A stretch of 53,921 nucleotides of DNA, counting the filler, from Sluysia triapertura (Eukaryota), in NCBI GenBank assembly GCA_046118255.1. It is 4 parts of 4 records of this genome, joined end to end, with 100 filler letters (N's around TTAATTAATTAA, not from the genome) between each part and the next. Parts side by side here need not be neighbours in the genome. Positions count along the whole stretch, not along the records: positions 1 to 11,016 come from JBJNIA010190119.1; 3 more parts are not named here. One strand, 5' to 3'. Position numbers and translations under genes: made by a program. Position 1 is the first letter of the stretch. The number at the start of each line of letters is the position of its first letter. This document shows positions 1-11,116 of the stretch, one piece after another. The notes under the pieces are model-generated. The model saw only the letters and a program-made list of their open reading frames with translations. It made no database searches and was not told where the DNA came from.

Positions 1-689
1 ACTACTAAGAGAATTAATGGAAGATAATAAAGTTATAGATAACCATAATGAAAGTAAAATTATAGATATTACAAATGGCAATGATGATTATACTGAAGAT
101 AAACCCGACTACATAATTGATTTAAATAAAAATCCACATATTGAAACTGAAGATAAAGAAACAAACACTTTTAAAAGGCCAGGTAGACCTAGAAAGAATA
201 ATGATGTCGAAACAATAATATCAACCCAATATAGAGAAAACCTATTTATTTAACTAAAATTACTTATAAGAATATAAAAGAAACTTTAAGTACTAAAACT
301 ATAATTTACACTTTATTATCTAATAAATTTTCTAACTTTGATAAGTATAAGACACTTTTACCTGAATTAAAGGAATACAAAACTGCATTAACCAAGATAA
401 TTAAAGTTATAGAAGAAAAATATAAGAATACAGACTTAAATGACTTTATAGATAATGGTCAATATAAAAACATAATAAATAAACAGATTAACGCTGGAAT
501 TAATAAAAATATACTTAAGATAATAATGACATATATAATATTTCAATGTAATAAAGCGACACTCTTAACTAAAGAAAAAATAGACAAGGTTATAAATTTT
601 ACTGATAAGAAATTAGGTACTCTAATTGAACAATTAGGAGAATGGAAAAATATTATAAAAGACAAAGATAAAGAAAAAGATAAAGATTA

Positions 690-1075
690 GGAATCTATTC
701 TAATGAAGATATCCAAGCGCTTGGCACGAGATCTTATTTCCAATTAAAAGATCTAAAGTACTTACTGATATAGTTGACAAAGCAATAGTAGAAAACGATG
801 GTAAAATAAATTTTGAATTACTATTAGGACCTGACCATTTTAAGAAAGCAGCACATAATACTTTAAAATAAATTTGGGGAAACTTTTTAGTTATAGGTCA
901 AGCTTTTTCAGGTTTAATAGAAATATATGTAATAATTAAAGTAACTGCTCTCATAATCTCTCAAATATTCTCAGTTGTAGGTATTTACAAAATATCAGGT
1001 TTTACTTGGAAATTAATAATTGGTTGTTTTCCATTTTTACCTAAATTCTTTTTACATCATCATGCTCATGCTTAA
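690..1075 (+). pseudogene. C-terminal (pre-TM/TM) remnant of a chuvirus-like viral glycoprotein (env-like)
   Basis: Manual translation with 1 frameshift and 1 stop: GIYSNEDIQ/AWHEILFPIKRSKVLTDIVDKAIVENDGKINFELLLGPDHFKKAAHNTLK*IWGNFLVIGQAFSGLIEIYVIIKVTALIISQIFSVVGIYKISGFTWKLIIGCFPFL. Matches the recalled chuviral G C-terminal pattern GIY.xED..I.FP...L..I / W..F..(F)G..SG..(G) followed by hydrophobic helices. Confidence 0.68.
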
Positions 1076-3262
1076 TTAAATGCTTTAAAGAAAGAGAAAA
1101 AACAAACTGAAGAAATTGCATTACAAACAATAGATATTGAACCAGTCAAAAAAGAAAAACAAAGTCTATATCAACCACCTCCAAGAAATTTAGTTTACAT
1201 GATATGCGCTAATAATTATAATAGCGCACGTAGACGTGAGAGTTAATGGTAGAATGTTATCTGCATTGGTTGATACAGGAGCAGTGGACTCATTAATAAG
1301 TGAATCGCTATTAACTAATAAAGAATTAAACAACATTCATATTTAACAGGAATAACTGGAGATGAAAGTGAAATTCTAGGAACATTAAAAATATTATGCG
1401 AAATTGGACAAAACAAGATTGAAATAAAATGTAGGGTAATGAGAAAATATCCAGAAGATATGATATTAGGCATGGACGTATTATCACAATTAAAAGGAGT
1501 CTCGTTAGATTTTAGCAAAGCAAAATTAATGGATAACTATACAGATAGACCAATTGATGATGATGTTATATTAGAAGAACCACGTTGGTTATTAAAAAGA
1601 ACAGAATGTATAATACTAGGGAAAACCAATAATTTAAGAAATGGGCCAATAATGTTTATAGCTTCAAAAAATAACCGAGAGAAATTAAATGTAGGAATTG
1701 CGGATTCAATATGCAGAATTAATGAAAGAAACATACCAATAAGAATAATAAATTATACAGATGAAAATAAATGGCTTTATGCAGGTACTAAATTGGCAAA
1801 AATAGTTAATGATAAATTACAAACACAAACAAACATGGTATCGGATGATAAACAAAAAAGTAAAAACATAAAACTTCAAAGAAACATTGAAGATGAAGAA
1901 GATTCTGAGGCGATACAAATAAAGAATAAGAATCTAACTAAAAAAACAAAAAGAAACATTATACCCTTGGGCAATTGCAAGAAATAAATATGATATTGGA
2001 GATTCTGTCATAATAAAATATGAAATTCCAATATTAGAAGATAAAGTAATTAGAAAAAGCCTTACAGAATTCCATGATGCAATCAACAGGAGATGAAAGA
2101 TCAAATAGATACAATGAAAAAGGCTAGAGTAATTAGTCCAAGTTTTTCTGCATTCTCATCACTAGTATTACTAGTTAAGAAAAAAAGATGGAACTATGAG
2201 ATTTTGTATTGATTTTAGAAAGTTAAATAAATTACAAGAAAAGATGTGTTTCCATTACCAAGAATTGATGAGTTCTTAGATAAATTAGGCAATGCTAATT
2301 ATTTCACTACATTAGATTTGCAGAGTGGCAAATCGAGATAGCCGAGAAGGATAAACATAAAACAGCATTTTCATGTGGAGATGAACTATATGAATGCCAA
2401 AAGATGCCGTTCGCACTAACAGGTGCACCGGCGACATTTCAAAGATGTATGAACTTCGTACTATCTGGTTGTAAGAATGTTATGGTTTACATCGATGACA
2501 ATCATATTTTCAAGAAATTGACACTCATGTAGTAAATATTGATAACACACTCAAAAGCCTTGAAGTGGCAAGATTAAAAATTAAACCAACTAAATGTGTA
2601 TGGGCAGAAGAACAAGTTGAATTTTTAGGGCATATAGTTTCACACAAAGGTATAAAACCAAATCCTAAAAATATAGAAAAAGTTGTTAAATTTCCACCGC
2701 CAGATAATGTAAAGAAAGGTCAAAGTTATCTAGGATTAGCCAACTATTATAGATTTTGCAAAAATAGCTAGATGTTAACACAAAAGAATGCAACATTCAA
2801 ATGGACAGAAGAACAAACAAAAGCATTCAAAAGATTATTTAACAAAATGGCCAGAAGCACATCCAATACCTAACCAGAAAGCTGAAACTGTAGCTCAAAT
2901 ATTAGTAGAAAAAATATATAGATAAGAACTCCAAGGAAATTATTAACTGACCAGGGAACCAATTTTACTAGTGATGAAATAAAATCTGTTGCAAATATAT
3001 TTAAGATTTTAAAAATATGTACATCACCATACCACCCTCAGACAGATGGGTTAGTAGAAAGATTTAATAGAACATTAATAAATATGTTACAATCATATGT
3101 AAATGAAAGACAGAAAGATTGGGATTTATATGTATCACCATGCTTATTTGCGTATAGAAGCTCAGTGCATCCTGCTACTAATTTTACACCATTCTATCTT
3201 ATGTACGGAAGATACTCAAACATGCCAGTAGATTTAGATTGGATTCAACCTTCATTTAATAT

Positions 3263-4123
3263 ATGGAAACTCCGGAATACGTAACTTTTATGAGAAAAAA
3301 TTTACAAGATGCTGGTTTACAAATGCGTTACACTCAGGAAACTTATAAAGATAATTATGATAAAAAAGAAAATGAACATAATTTCAAAGTAGGAGATAAA
3401 GTATTAGTAGATTATCCAATAGCGAAACCAGGATATTCTCCAAAACTACATAAACCATTTAAAGGACCTTATGAAGTAATGAAAACAACTTCTACTAATT
3501 TATATATAAAGAAACCTAATGATATGAATGCAGAAACTTTCGTTGTACATGTTAACCGATGTAAATTAGCACCTACTGACGAATACAATCTAAGAGATAG
3601 AAAAGTTACAAAAAGTGTACTAAAGGTTAAACCAAGAATAAAAGATAGAGACAAACCATCAAAGTCATCGAATATAGTGCCAAAACTAAATGCGGATACA
3701 AAAATAACAGATACAAATATAACAAAAGATAAACCAATAAGTACAATAAATATGATAACTTCTTCTTTTAACATACAAAATCATTTAGTTCAAAGCATTA
3801 AATTTAATCAGAGATGGGTACGAGCAGTTATAGATACAGGCTCAAATAACACTATTATAAATTATAATATCCTAAACGCATTAGAAGTTAGTATGCTTCA
3901 ACAGGCAGGATTAAGATTATTTGCAGTAGATGGCACATATATTATATTTAATGGTGTATTACAATGTCAATTAACAATTTTAGATACGGACCTATTCGAA
4001 ACAATATTAGCTTGGGAGAGATGTCCATATGATGTTATATCAGGAATGGATGTATTAAATATATTAGGAACTTGGGGTTCCATATCTAGGAAGAAGTTAA
4101 TTAGCGATAAGGCTGCCGCATAA
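3263..4123 (+). CDS. Integrase C-terminus (GPY/F) fused in frame to a second retropepsin-like aspartic protease
   Basis: The 286-aa ORF contains 'FKVGDKVLV...KGPYEV...VVHVNRCK', then 'RWVRAVIDTGSNNTII...CPYDVISGMDVL' (DTG active site plus an ILG.D-like motif). Confidence 0.8.
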   Translation: METPEYVTFMRKNLQDAGLQMRYTQETYKDNYDKKENEHNFKVGDKVLVDYPIAKPGYSPKLHKPFKGPYEVMKTTSTNLYIKKPNDMNAETFVVHVNRCKLAPTDEYNLRDRKVTKSVLKVKPRIKDRDKPSKSSNIVPKLNADTKITDTNITKDKPISTINMITSSFNIQNHLVQSIKFNQRWVRAVIDTGSNNTIINYNILNALEVSMLQQAGLRLFAVDGTYIIFNGVLQCQLTILDTDLFETILAWERCPYDVISGMDVLNILGTWGSISRKKLISDKAAA

Positions 4124-4419
4124 TTTATCTTAGTTGATATAGTGGGCTGTTCTTCTTTAATATGTATGAAGTTTATGTTGGATTTTTATTGTATCTTCAT
4201 TTTTTGTGTCGTATTGGCGGAAACTACGATTTCCCCTCAAAGGTTGGCTCCGATACATAAATCAATCTTGTTTGTGACGTAATAAGTCCTTAAAGTTGAT
4301 AAAGTCAGTGTTTATGATTATTTTTATGCCTGAAAATTCGATCATTTGTGCCATCGTCACAGGCTTGAGCATAATTGAGCTGTTGCTTCACTATGTTCGA
4401 ACCTGCAGGCCATTAACTA

Positions 4420-4920
4420 ATTACTATGAAGAAGGATAATCAAGAAGTGAGCTTGAAATTTTCATAATGTAAATTGTTTGAGAATAACAACCTTAAACAT
4501 TTTTCATTAGAAAATTTTTTGTGAAAAACTTAAAATCAATTAAATTAATTCAAACAATAATAAATTCATTACTTTTATGTATGTTAATAATTGTGATTCG
4601 TGTTAATAATAATGTTAATGTGAGAAGATAGGTAAAAATAGATCGAGTTGAGTGTAAGAAAATGATAGATGATCAAAAATCAATTTTTGTATTCTGTATT
4701 TGGTAAAGCTTGACAGACCATACCATGTAACTGTGAAAGTTATTTTTCTTGGTTTAGTGTGAGAGAATGTATGATTGTAAACCTCAAGAGTGATTGGATA
4801 GTGAACAATTATAAAATGAGTACTTGGAAGTTTTAAACTCAGAAGTATAAAAGCCGTATTACCAGTGCTGATTTCATGATTCCTTATTTATATATTTTTT
4901 AATATAAAATATAATTTTAT
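4420..4920 (+). repeat. Dispersed repeat family B, partial copy
   Basis: Aligns by eye to 8435-8800 and to the reverse complement of 18700-19120, e.g. 'tatgtatgttaata', 'aatgtgagaag', 'gtgattggat...tataaaat'. Confidence 0.8.
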
Positions 4921-5078
4921 TTATGATACTAATGGTTTATTTATTTTATTATATTTATAAATATAATTTTATTTATAGGTTGTTATCGCAACCATATAAA
5001 ACAATTTAAAATTATTTAAAAATAAATTAAAAATCTTATTTTCCAAAGAAGAAAATATTTTTCGAAAAATGAAAATTC

Positions 5079-5172
5079 GCTTCTAGAAGTAGAATATAAG
5101 CTTCTAGAAGTAGAATATAAGCTTCTAGAAGTAGAATATAAGCTTCTAGAAGTAGAATATAAGCTTCTAGAA
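5079..5172. repeat. Perfect tandem repeat, 21-bp unit GCTTCTAGAAGTAGAATATAA x4.5
   Basis: Units start at 5079, 5100, 5121 and 5142, with a partial unit at 5163. Confidence 0.97.
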
Positions 5173-5222
5173 TTTTCCAGAACATTCCATCGATTTTCAT
5201 TGACTGTTGATTAGTATATAAA
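5164..5222 (+). promoter_or_regulatory. Five-unit heat-shock element followed by a TATA box
   Basis: cTTCt aGAAt tTTCc aGAAc aTTCc (5164-5188) is a perfect alternating nGAAn/nTTCn run. TATATAAA lies 26 bp downstream. Confidence 0.7.
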
Positions 5223-6214
5223 CTACATCAGTTTAATGAGAATCGCCATTTTCAAAAATCACTTTAGTTTGATTTAATTTGCAGCGTCTTTGTTAACGAA
5301 ATTGTAAATTGACTGTTTGCAATTCGCAGTTAATTCAAAAATTGAAAAATATCTACTGGACTTCATTATTGGTAAATTATATGTTTATAGGGTCAATTTC
5401 ACCTTTATAAGTTGAAATTATAAAATATACGTAAATAAGTCCCGATATATTGACGGTTAATATCAACTTAAAATATTGTAGTATTAGATGAAACACTCTC
5501 GGAGCATTAATCTGTAAAAATAATTCTTTATATTCCCTTATCTTACCACTATTATTATTTAGACTTTTGTGTTTTATAAATAAAACGTTTTTTGAATTAA
5601 TTAGTTCTTAAAAGTTTAAGCATAAATTATTAAAGTTTTTGGAGAAAATTATACTCTTGAACACTTGTTAAGACCCTATCCACATAACAATTAGATAAAT
5701 TATTAGCTTAATTAGTTACAGAAACGCCATCTTCACGACATAAAACGTTTACCGTAACCGGACACTGCTGCAGGTTAAGAATTAGAAAAACCACAGCACT
5801 AAATTAAAATTATTAATAAATATAAATTAAATATTTTTTTCATTTATGATAAATTAAATGATCTTAGAAAGATTTACTTATTTATCATTGTAAAAGAAAC
5901 CCCCGTATTGTTTTAAATATATATTTTTTAAAGAATCCCTATTTATTTACTTAAAATCATTATTTGGAGTTCCCTTGTAAAATTATTTTTGATTATCACT
6001 CTTAGAAAATAAGAAATGCATTTTTAATTGTATGTCAAGTCACCTCTAGTTTTTTTGGAAAGATTATCGTGTTCTTAATATATCTTAAGATTACTGTAAC
6101 TTTGACAGTAACATGGTACAGTTACAAGCTATACCATGTTGTTGGAATAAAGGCCTAAAGTGCCATGGAATAATCACTGTGTAATTGACTACAATGAAAC
6201 AAAATTGTTAGTCG

Positions 6215-6245
6215 GAGCTGATAGTTTAGTGGTCACAGCATCGAA
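6215..6245 (+). pseudogene. 5' half of a tRNA-Ala-like gene split by a non-LTR retrotransposon
   Basis: GAGCTGA TA GTTTAGTGGTCACAGC ATCGAA matches 30752-30781, including the upstream flank aaattgttag(t/a)c. G3 is present. Confidence 0.8.
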
Positions 6246-8363
6246 TTGGTGCTTTATGGATTTTTCAACCTGTTCTCCCATGAAGTATTGTAACAACTCT
6301 GCGCCGGGATCCAATAAAATCACATTCGAACAAATCAAGAATGTTGATCCCAAAGCGAAGTTTCTTTTAATTTTCTTCAATAAAATAAAACGTTCCCAGA
6401 CATGAAAATCTTTCCTTATCCTTATAATTAAACCTAATTAATTTTATCTGGTCCATTGTGGAGACCTCATCAGTACCAATCAAGCTGCTATTCTTCGCTC
6501 TGATGGTTGCACTGAACACAATTTCCTTCATTCTTTACAAGAAATTATTGAGACTCTTAATTATAAAAAAATCCTACAAAATCCACTCCATGTCATCTTC
6601 TTGACTTGGCTAACACGTTTGGATCCGTGCTCCACCAATTAATTTGGTACACATTGTCTTGTATGGTTCTTCATCAATCCACCATTAATCTTATCAGAAA
6701 TCTTTACGATTCTTCGTCGACTCAATAGAAGTGTAACAAACTCTTGACGGATCCTGTAACAATTAAATATGGCATCAACTATGGTTGCCCAATCTCGGTG
6801 ACCCTGCTTTGCATCGCGATCGACTATTTATTTAGGTCTTTCACTGAAGAGGATAATATATACATTTATGGCTCCTCTTTTCCTCCTTACCTTGCCTATG
6901 ACAAAGCCTTAATAGCTATTTCCAATGGTAAGCTTCAGCAAAGGCCAAGTCAGTCAATTTAATTTTCTCCTTAACGAGTTCTCCTTATACATTGATAATG
7001 TGCCTATTCCGACTATGAAAGATGGTGATAAAATCACGTACCTATATGTTCCTTTTCGCGGGAAACTTGAAAAAACAGAACCTTAATTCACTTTTGGAGG
7101 AAAACCTGCAGTTTTCTCAAAAAATTGAATCTTAGTAGTAAAACAAGATTCTTATATAGCGCAACTTTCTTCAACTGGACAAATATGCGCACCTTCAAAC
7201 CTGGTGGTGCAAAATTCACACTGCCTTTATTAACTTATTATGTGTCGTTTTTCTCTCCTCCAATGATGACAATCAGATTAAATTATCCTTTAGTTGCGAA
7301 TCCTTATGTGGCACCATTTTTTATCAGTTTCATAAAGATAAAATTGGCAATAGTAATACTTTGAAATTCCTCAAATGTCAAGGTCTTTTGTTAACTGTCT
7401 CATGAAAAGTCCACTTTCGGACAGACCGTTCTCACTTCAACTTAGCGATTCTTGTTAGGTTTTCATGCTCAAGGTACGCAACAATATCCTTAAATTAAAT
7501 TTCTCGCCACATAACTTTCGCCCTCACAACCTTTAGCTTGCCGCTGGTGTCACTTTGAGAAAGAATCTATTTCTCATGTCCTTTGTTTGTGTCCTCACAC
7601 TCACACCAGCCGAACTGTGTGAGACAATAAATTTCTTGAATGCCTGGTTGAGATTCTTTATCGGAAGGGCTTTCCTTACGCCGATTATTGGGAACACTCT
7701 GCGCCCAGATATTCAAACCCGGTTTACTAATTCGACACAACTTTTTTTCATTGATTTTAAATCTCCAATTGATATCTAGGAGAACTTTAAATCTGCGCGG
7801 AACTTGTCTAAATATGAAGATTTGCGTGAAAAATTGCAAATGCAACTTGAGTGTCAGGTTTTCCTCGATACCTTTGTTGTGGGTGCCCCTGGTTTCTGAG
7901 ATCTTGATAATGACCCTCTTCTTAAATCTTTGGGTTTTCGCAAGACAGAAATTAAGACTCTAGCTCGTCAGTGTGCTCAGTTTTCCCTAGAGACTTCTTT
8001 TAACATCCTCAAGTTTCCTGTTTAACTAATTTATTTCCTCTTGATGTTTGAAATTTTTCCTATAAATTATTTTATTTATATTTTTTTTCTTGTTCTGGTT
8101 CTCCTATCACTTTTTATTTTTCAACTTTCTTTTTTCTCCTTTTTTAATCATTTCCTCATTTCAAATATTTTTCTCTCTTCACAAACTGCAGTCGTCAATT
8201 CAACCAAGATCCAATGACAAGATATACTTTTAATTTTTGGCATTAACTTTGAATTGGAGAAATTAACATTTTCTTGATCCCACTTTATATTATTTTTGAT
8301 TATTTATACTTTTTTATACTTTGTAACTTGTTTTAAAAAATAATTTTGAAATTCAATTTAATT
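6246..8363 (+). mobile_element. 5'-truncated, degenerate non-LTR retrotransposon of the R2 group (NeSL/Utopia-like, restriction-like endonuclease)
   Basis: RT region 0 'SAPGSNKITFEQIKNVDPKA', then 'DGCTEHNF', 'LDLANTFGSV', 'KYGINYGCPIS', 'LAYD'. RLE motifs 'LRPDI', 'FIDFKSP', 'KYEDL' and 'FVVGAPGF*DLDNDPLLKSLG' (cf. VGALGSWDP.N...L..LG). Pyrimidine-rich 3' UTR. Flanked by CATCGAA duplications at 6239-6245 and 8364-8370. Confidence 0.88.
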
Positions 8364-8411
8364 CATCGAACTGCACAATGAGAGGCCCGGGTTCGATTCC
8401 CGGTCAGTCCA
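8364..8411 (+). pseudogene. 3' half of the split tRNA-Ala-like gene (anticodon region CTGCAC, T-arm, acceptor strand)
   Basis: CATCGAACTGCACAATGAGAGGC CCGGG TTCGATT CCCGG TCAGTCCA, then TTTT and gaagtcta, the same tail as after 30822. Confidence 0.85.
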
Positions 8412-8434
8412 TTTTATGAAGTCTAATAATGTAT

Positions 8435-9366
8435 CTCTCAAGGTTATTGTCGGTTTTATTCTCAAAGAATGTTGCAATTGTGTGTGTGAGAAAAAATTGA
8501 TCAAATACTATGTATGTTAATAGTATTGCTGATTGTTATTTAAATGTGAGAAGTAATTTAAGTAAAAATATATTAAGTAGAGTTAAAGAAAATGATGATT
8601 GATAATAAATCAGATTTATGTGTTTTATACCTAATAAAGTTTGGCAGACTGTACCATGTAATTGTCAAAGTTGTTATTGTCGGTTTGATTCTCAAAGAGG
8701 TTTGGATGATTTGTGTGAGAGAGTGTTTGGTGATGAGACTGGGAAGTGATTGGATGATGAGAGTATAAAATAAAAGTTTCTAAATTTTTACGGCACAATG
8801 ACACTACAAGAAATTCCACTCTTTGGGTAAGGATAATATATTTCATTTAATTATTTTAATATTATTTTAATTTTTATTTTGATTATTATTATTATTTCAT
8901 TTGATTTTATAGTGGGACTATTTTTAAATTTTGTAATATTTGGTGGGGACTCCCTTTGCTATTTTTTTTAAAATATTAAATTTATCCATAAATAATATTT
9001 TTAACTTTCTGGATAGCGATATTTTTCAGTCCCTGTTGCGTCACTCTTTTTTAGTTGGATTTTAGTGTCATTATTATTATAAACGTTGTTAATTTTGTCA
9101 CTTAAGTTATTTTAGTATTCTTAGTGGAGATTCATCGTAACAGTAAATTATATTTTTTTAATTTTTGTTTAATAGTAAATTATTGTGTTATTTTGATTTG
9201 ATTTCAAAGAGTTAAATTTGCAGTGGGTAAATACTTATTGATATTAAGTAAGAAAATTACTTAAAATTATACTTGATATAGTGACTACATAAATTATTAA
9301 GATTCTTTTAAGTTGATCAAGTTAATATCGAGTTGTAATAATTAGTAAAATTTTAAAGACGCAACA
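8435..9366 (+). repeat. Dispersed repeat family B (long LTR-like; ends GACGCAACA, internal TGTTGCGTC at 9034)
   Basis: Homologous to 4420-4920, 18136-19120 (inverted), 29870-30420 and 53260-53891. Contains GATTGG followed by TATAAA. Confidence 0.85.
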
Positions 9367-9959
9367 ATACATTAAATTTAAAAATTCTGTCAATTCATTT
9401 TCGTTCCATTTTATTAGAAATAAGCAAAGAAAACATAACATCACTAAATGAAATATTAAATTAATTCAACGTACCAAATTCCAGAACATCCTTATATAAA
9501 AGTTAATTATAAAACTAATGTTCTGAATGATGTATTTGATCTACGATATTACTTCCTAGTATTAAGAAAGATAAAAATGGTTCAAACACAATTTTGGTAT
9601 TTATTTTTGGTGAAGGATATTTTTGGGATTGCTTAAGGATAAAGGTAGATATAAGGGTCAAGACTCAGGATAACAGAATAGGTTCAACATTATTAAAAAA
9701 TTAAGATGAGATATTATGATGAACTGTAATTGTAAGATAAATATATAAAATATTTAATTAAAACAAAATAATGAGAAGTATGAATAAATAACTCTTTACA
9801 AAGTTTTATTTGTTACAATATTAAAATGCATTTGTTAATTAACTTACTTAAAATTTGTTTAGTTTGATAAATCCGTAAAAAATTTTCCTGATAATAAAAT
9901 GATATTGGATTTAGTGTACAATATTGAGTTTGATTAGTATTTTTAATGATGAAGTATTA

Positions 9960-10915
9960 CGAAGCACATCAACGTAGATAACGTTATTTCAAATAATTCT
10001 TTTAATTTAAATTAAAGTTAAATACGTTCCGATGTCTAAGTATTAATAAAGTATGTATCAAATTGATGCTTATAGAGAAATCAATTCCAATGTTATTGAA
10101 CTTGACGTGTAACGTACGGATAACGCACAACGTATTAATGCAAAATGTGAGAAATATATTTATCATTTCATTAATTTTATCCTTAGATTAAATTGACTAA
10201 TTACGTTATTATTATAAAAGCAATGTAACAATGATTTTAAATTTTAATTAGAAGATATTAAGAAGATAAGGGGATTGTGCGCCACAAATCCCACTAACTC
10301 TAGATAATTAAAATGATAATGAAGTTGAACATAGACGAAAATTGCTATTGACATTTAATAAGTGAAATTAGTCGGCTTATTGCCGACTAAAGAAAATCGA
10401 CAGCTTTAATTTCCGTCTGATTTAGTTTCTCTAATTTCCATAAAAACTGCTATTTAAGCAATTACATTTCTACAAGAAAATCAGAAGAAAATAGTGAGAA
10501 AAAATTAATAAAATTAAAGATTTCTAGCTGTAGGGACGATCTTGATTAAACTGTGATATCAAGGCTTATTCTTTAGTAATTGATTAAAATAAGCACTTAA
10601 AGTTGGAGGAATAAAGATTAGTGGATTATTTTATATTGATTATAATTTTGTATTAATACGAGTGCGAAAATTTAAATAAGTTGTCACCCCTGGTTAATAT
10701 TTGTCATTGAAGAATAATTCATATTGTTGTAAAGAATAATTTGTATCGTTGATATAAAAATATTGTAATTTTATATAAAGAATATATCTAGATTTAGAAT
10801 TATTTAGTTATTGAATTTTAGTTTAACAAGTTGGAAAAATAAAAGTATTAAACTTAACAGTATCGAATATTATATATATTAAACGATATTTAAAAATCGG
10901 CCTCATGTGTAATTA
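9960..10915 (+). repeat. Dispersed repeat family C
   Basis: Shared blocks 'tatcaaatt(g/a)atgc', 'tgttattga..ttgacgtgt.acgtac', 'agataag.g..tgt..gccaca.a.ccca' and hairpin AGTCGG..CCGACT with 26996-27770, 43430-44322 (inverted) and 52390-52620. Boundaries approximate. Confidence 0.75.
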
Positions 10916-11016
10916 ACCCCTTAACGTTCAATTTTTTTCAAAAACTCATTTTTTTATTGCTGCATTATTTACTAAACTATATTTTAGTGTAAGCGTCTTA
11001 TAACTAGTAGTTGGCA

Positions 11017-11116
11017 NNNNNNNNNNNNNNNNNNNNNNNNNNNNNNNNNNNNNNNNNNNNTTAATTAATTAANNNNNNNNNNNNNNNNNNNNNNNNNNNN
11101 NNNNNNNNNNNNNNNN
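11017..11116. other. Assembly gap spacer (N44-TTAATTAATTAA-N44)
   Basis: Identical 100-nt construct with stop codons in all six frames occurs three times. Confidence 0.98.

Larger units (their letters stand above)
1..4123 (+). mobile_element. Degenerate Ty3/Gypsy-type LTR retrotransposon internal region: gag-like(?), glycoprotein remnant, protease, RT, integrase, second protease
   Basis: Protease LSALVDTGAVDSLISE (~1255-1305). RT pieces 'RFCIDFRKLN', 'FPLPRIDE', 'MPFALTGAPATFQRCM', 'VYIDD' (~2486) and 'VEFLGHIVS'. Integrase 'LLTDQGTNFTS' (~2940), 'TSPYHPQTDGLVERFNRTL' (~3020) and GPY/F motif 'KGPYEV'. RT-before-IN order and motifs fit Gypsy. Many stops and frameshifts; RNase H and the IN zinc finger are deleted at ~2830. 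Confidence 0.93.
4981..5689 (+). mobile_element. LTR-like element (TGTTAT...ATAACA) with heat-shock elements and TATA box
   Basis: 6-bp terminal inverted repeats TGTTAT/ATAACA, internal HSE array, TATATAAA at 5215-5222, AATAAA at ~5579. No TSD found. Confidence 0.55.

Noticed and set aside
1315-3774. Minus-strand ORFs over the Gypsy pol and the many 60-100-aa hydrophobic ORFs elsewhere
   Set aside because: Antisense shadows or chance ORFs in AT-rich, low-complexity DNA.
10368-10400. Helitron 3' hairpin interpretation for family C
   Set aside because: No CTRR end follows the hairpin, and homology continues several hundred bp past it.
11061-11072. TTAATTAATTAA palindrome inside N runs (also at 29813 and 42723)
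   Set aside because: Artificial six-frame-stop scaffold linker, not biology. Adjacency across these gaps is unverified.
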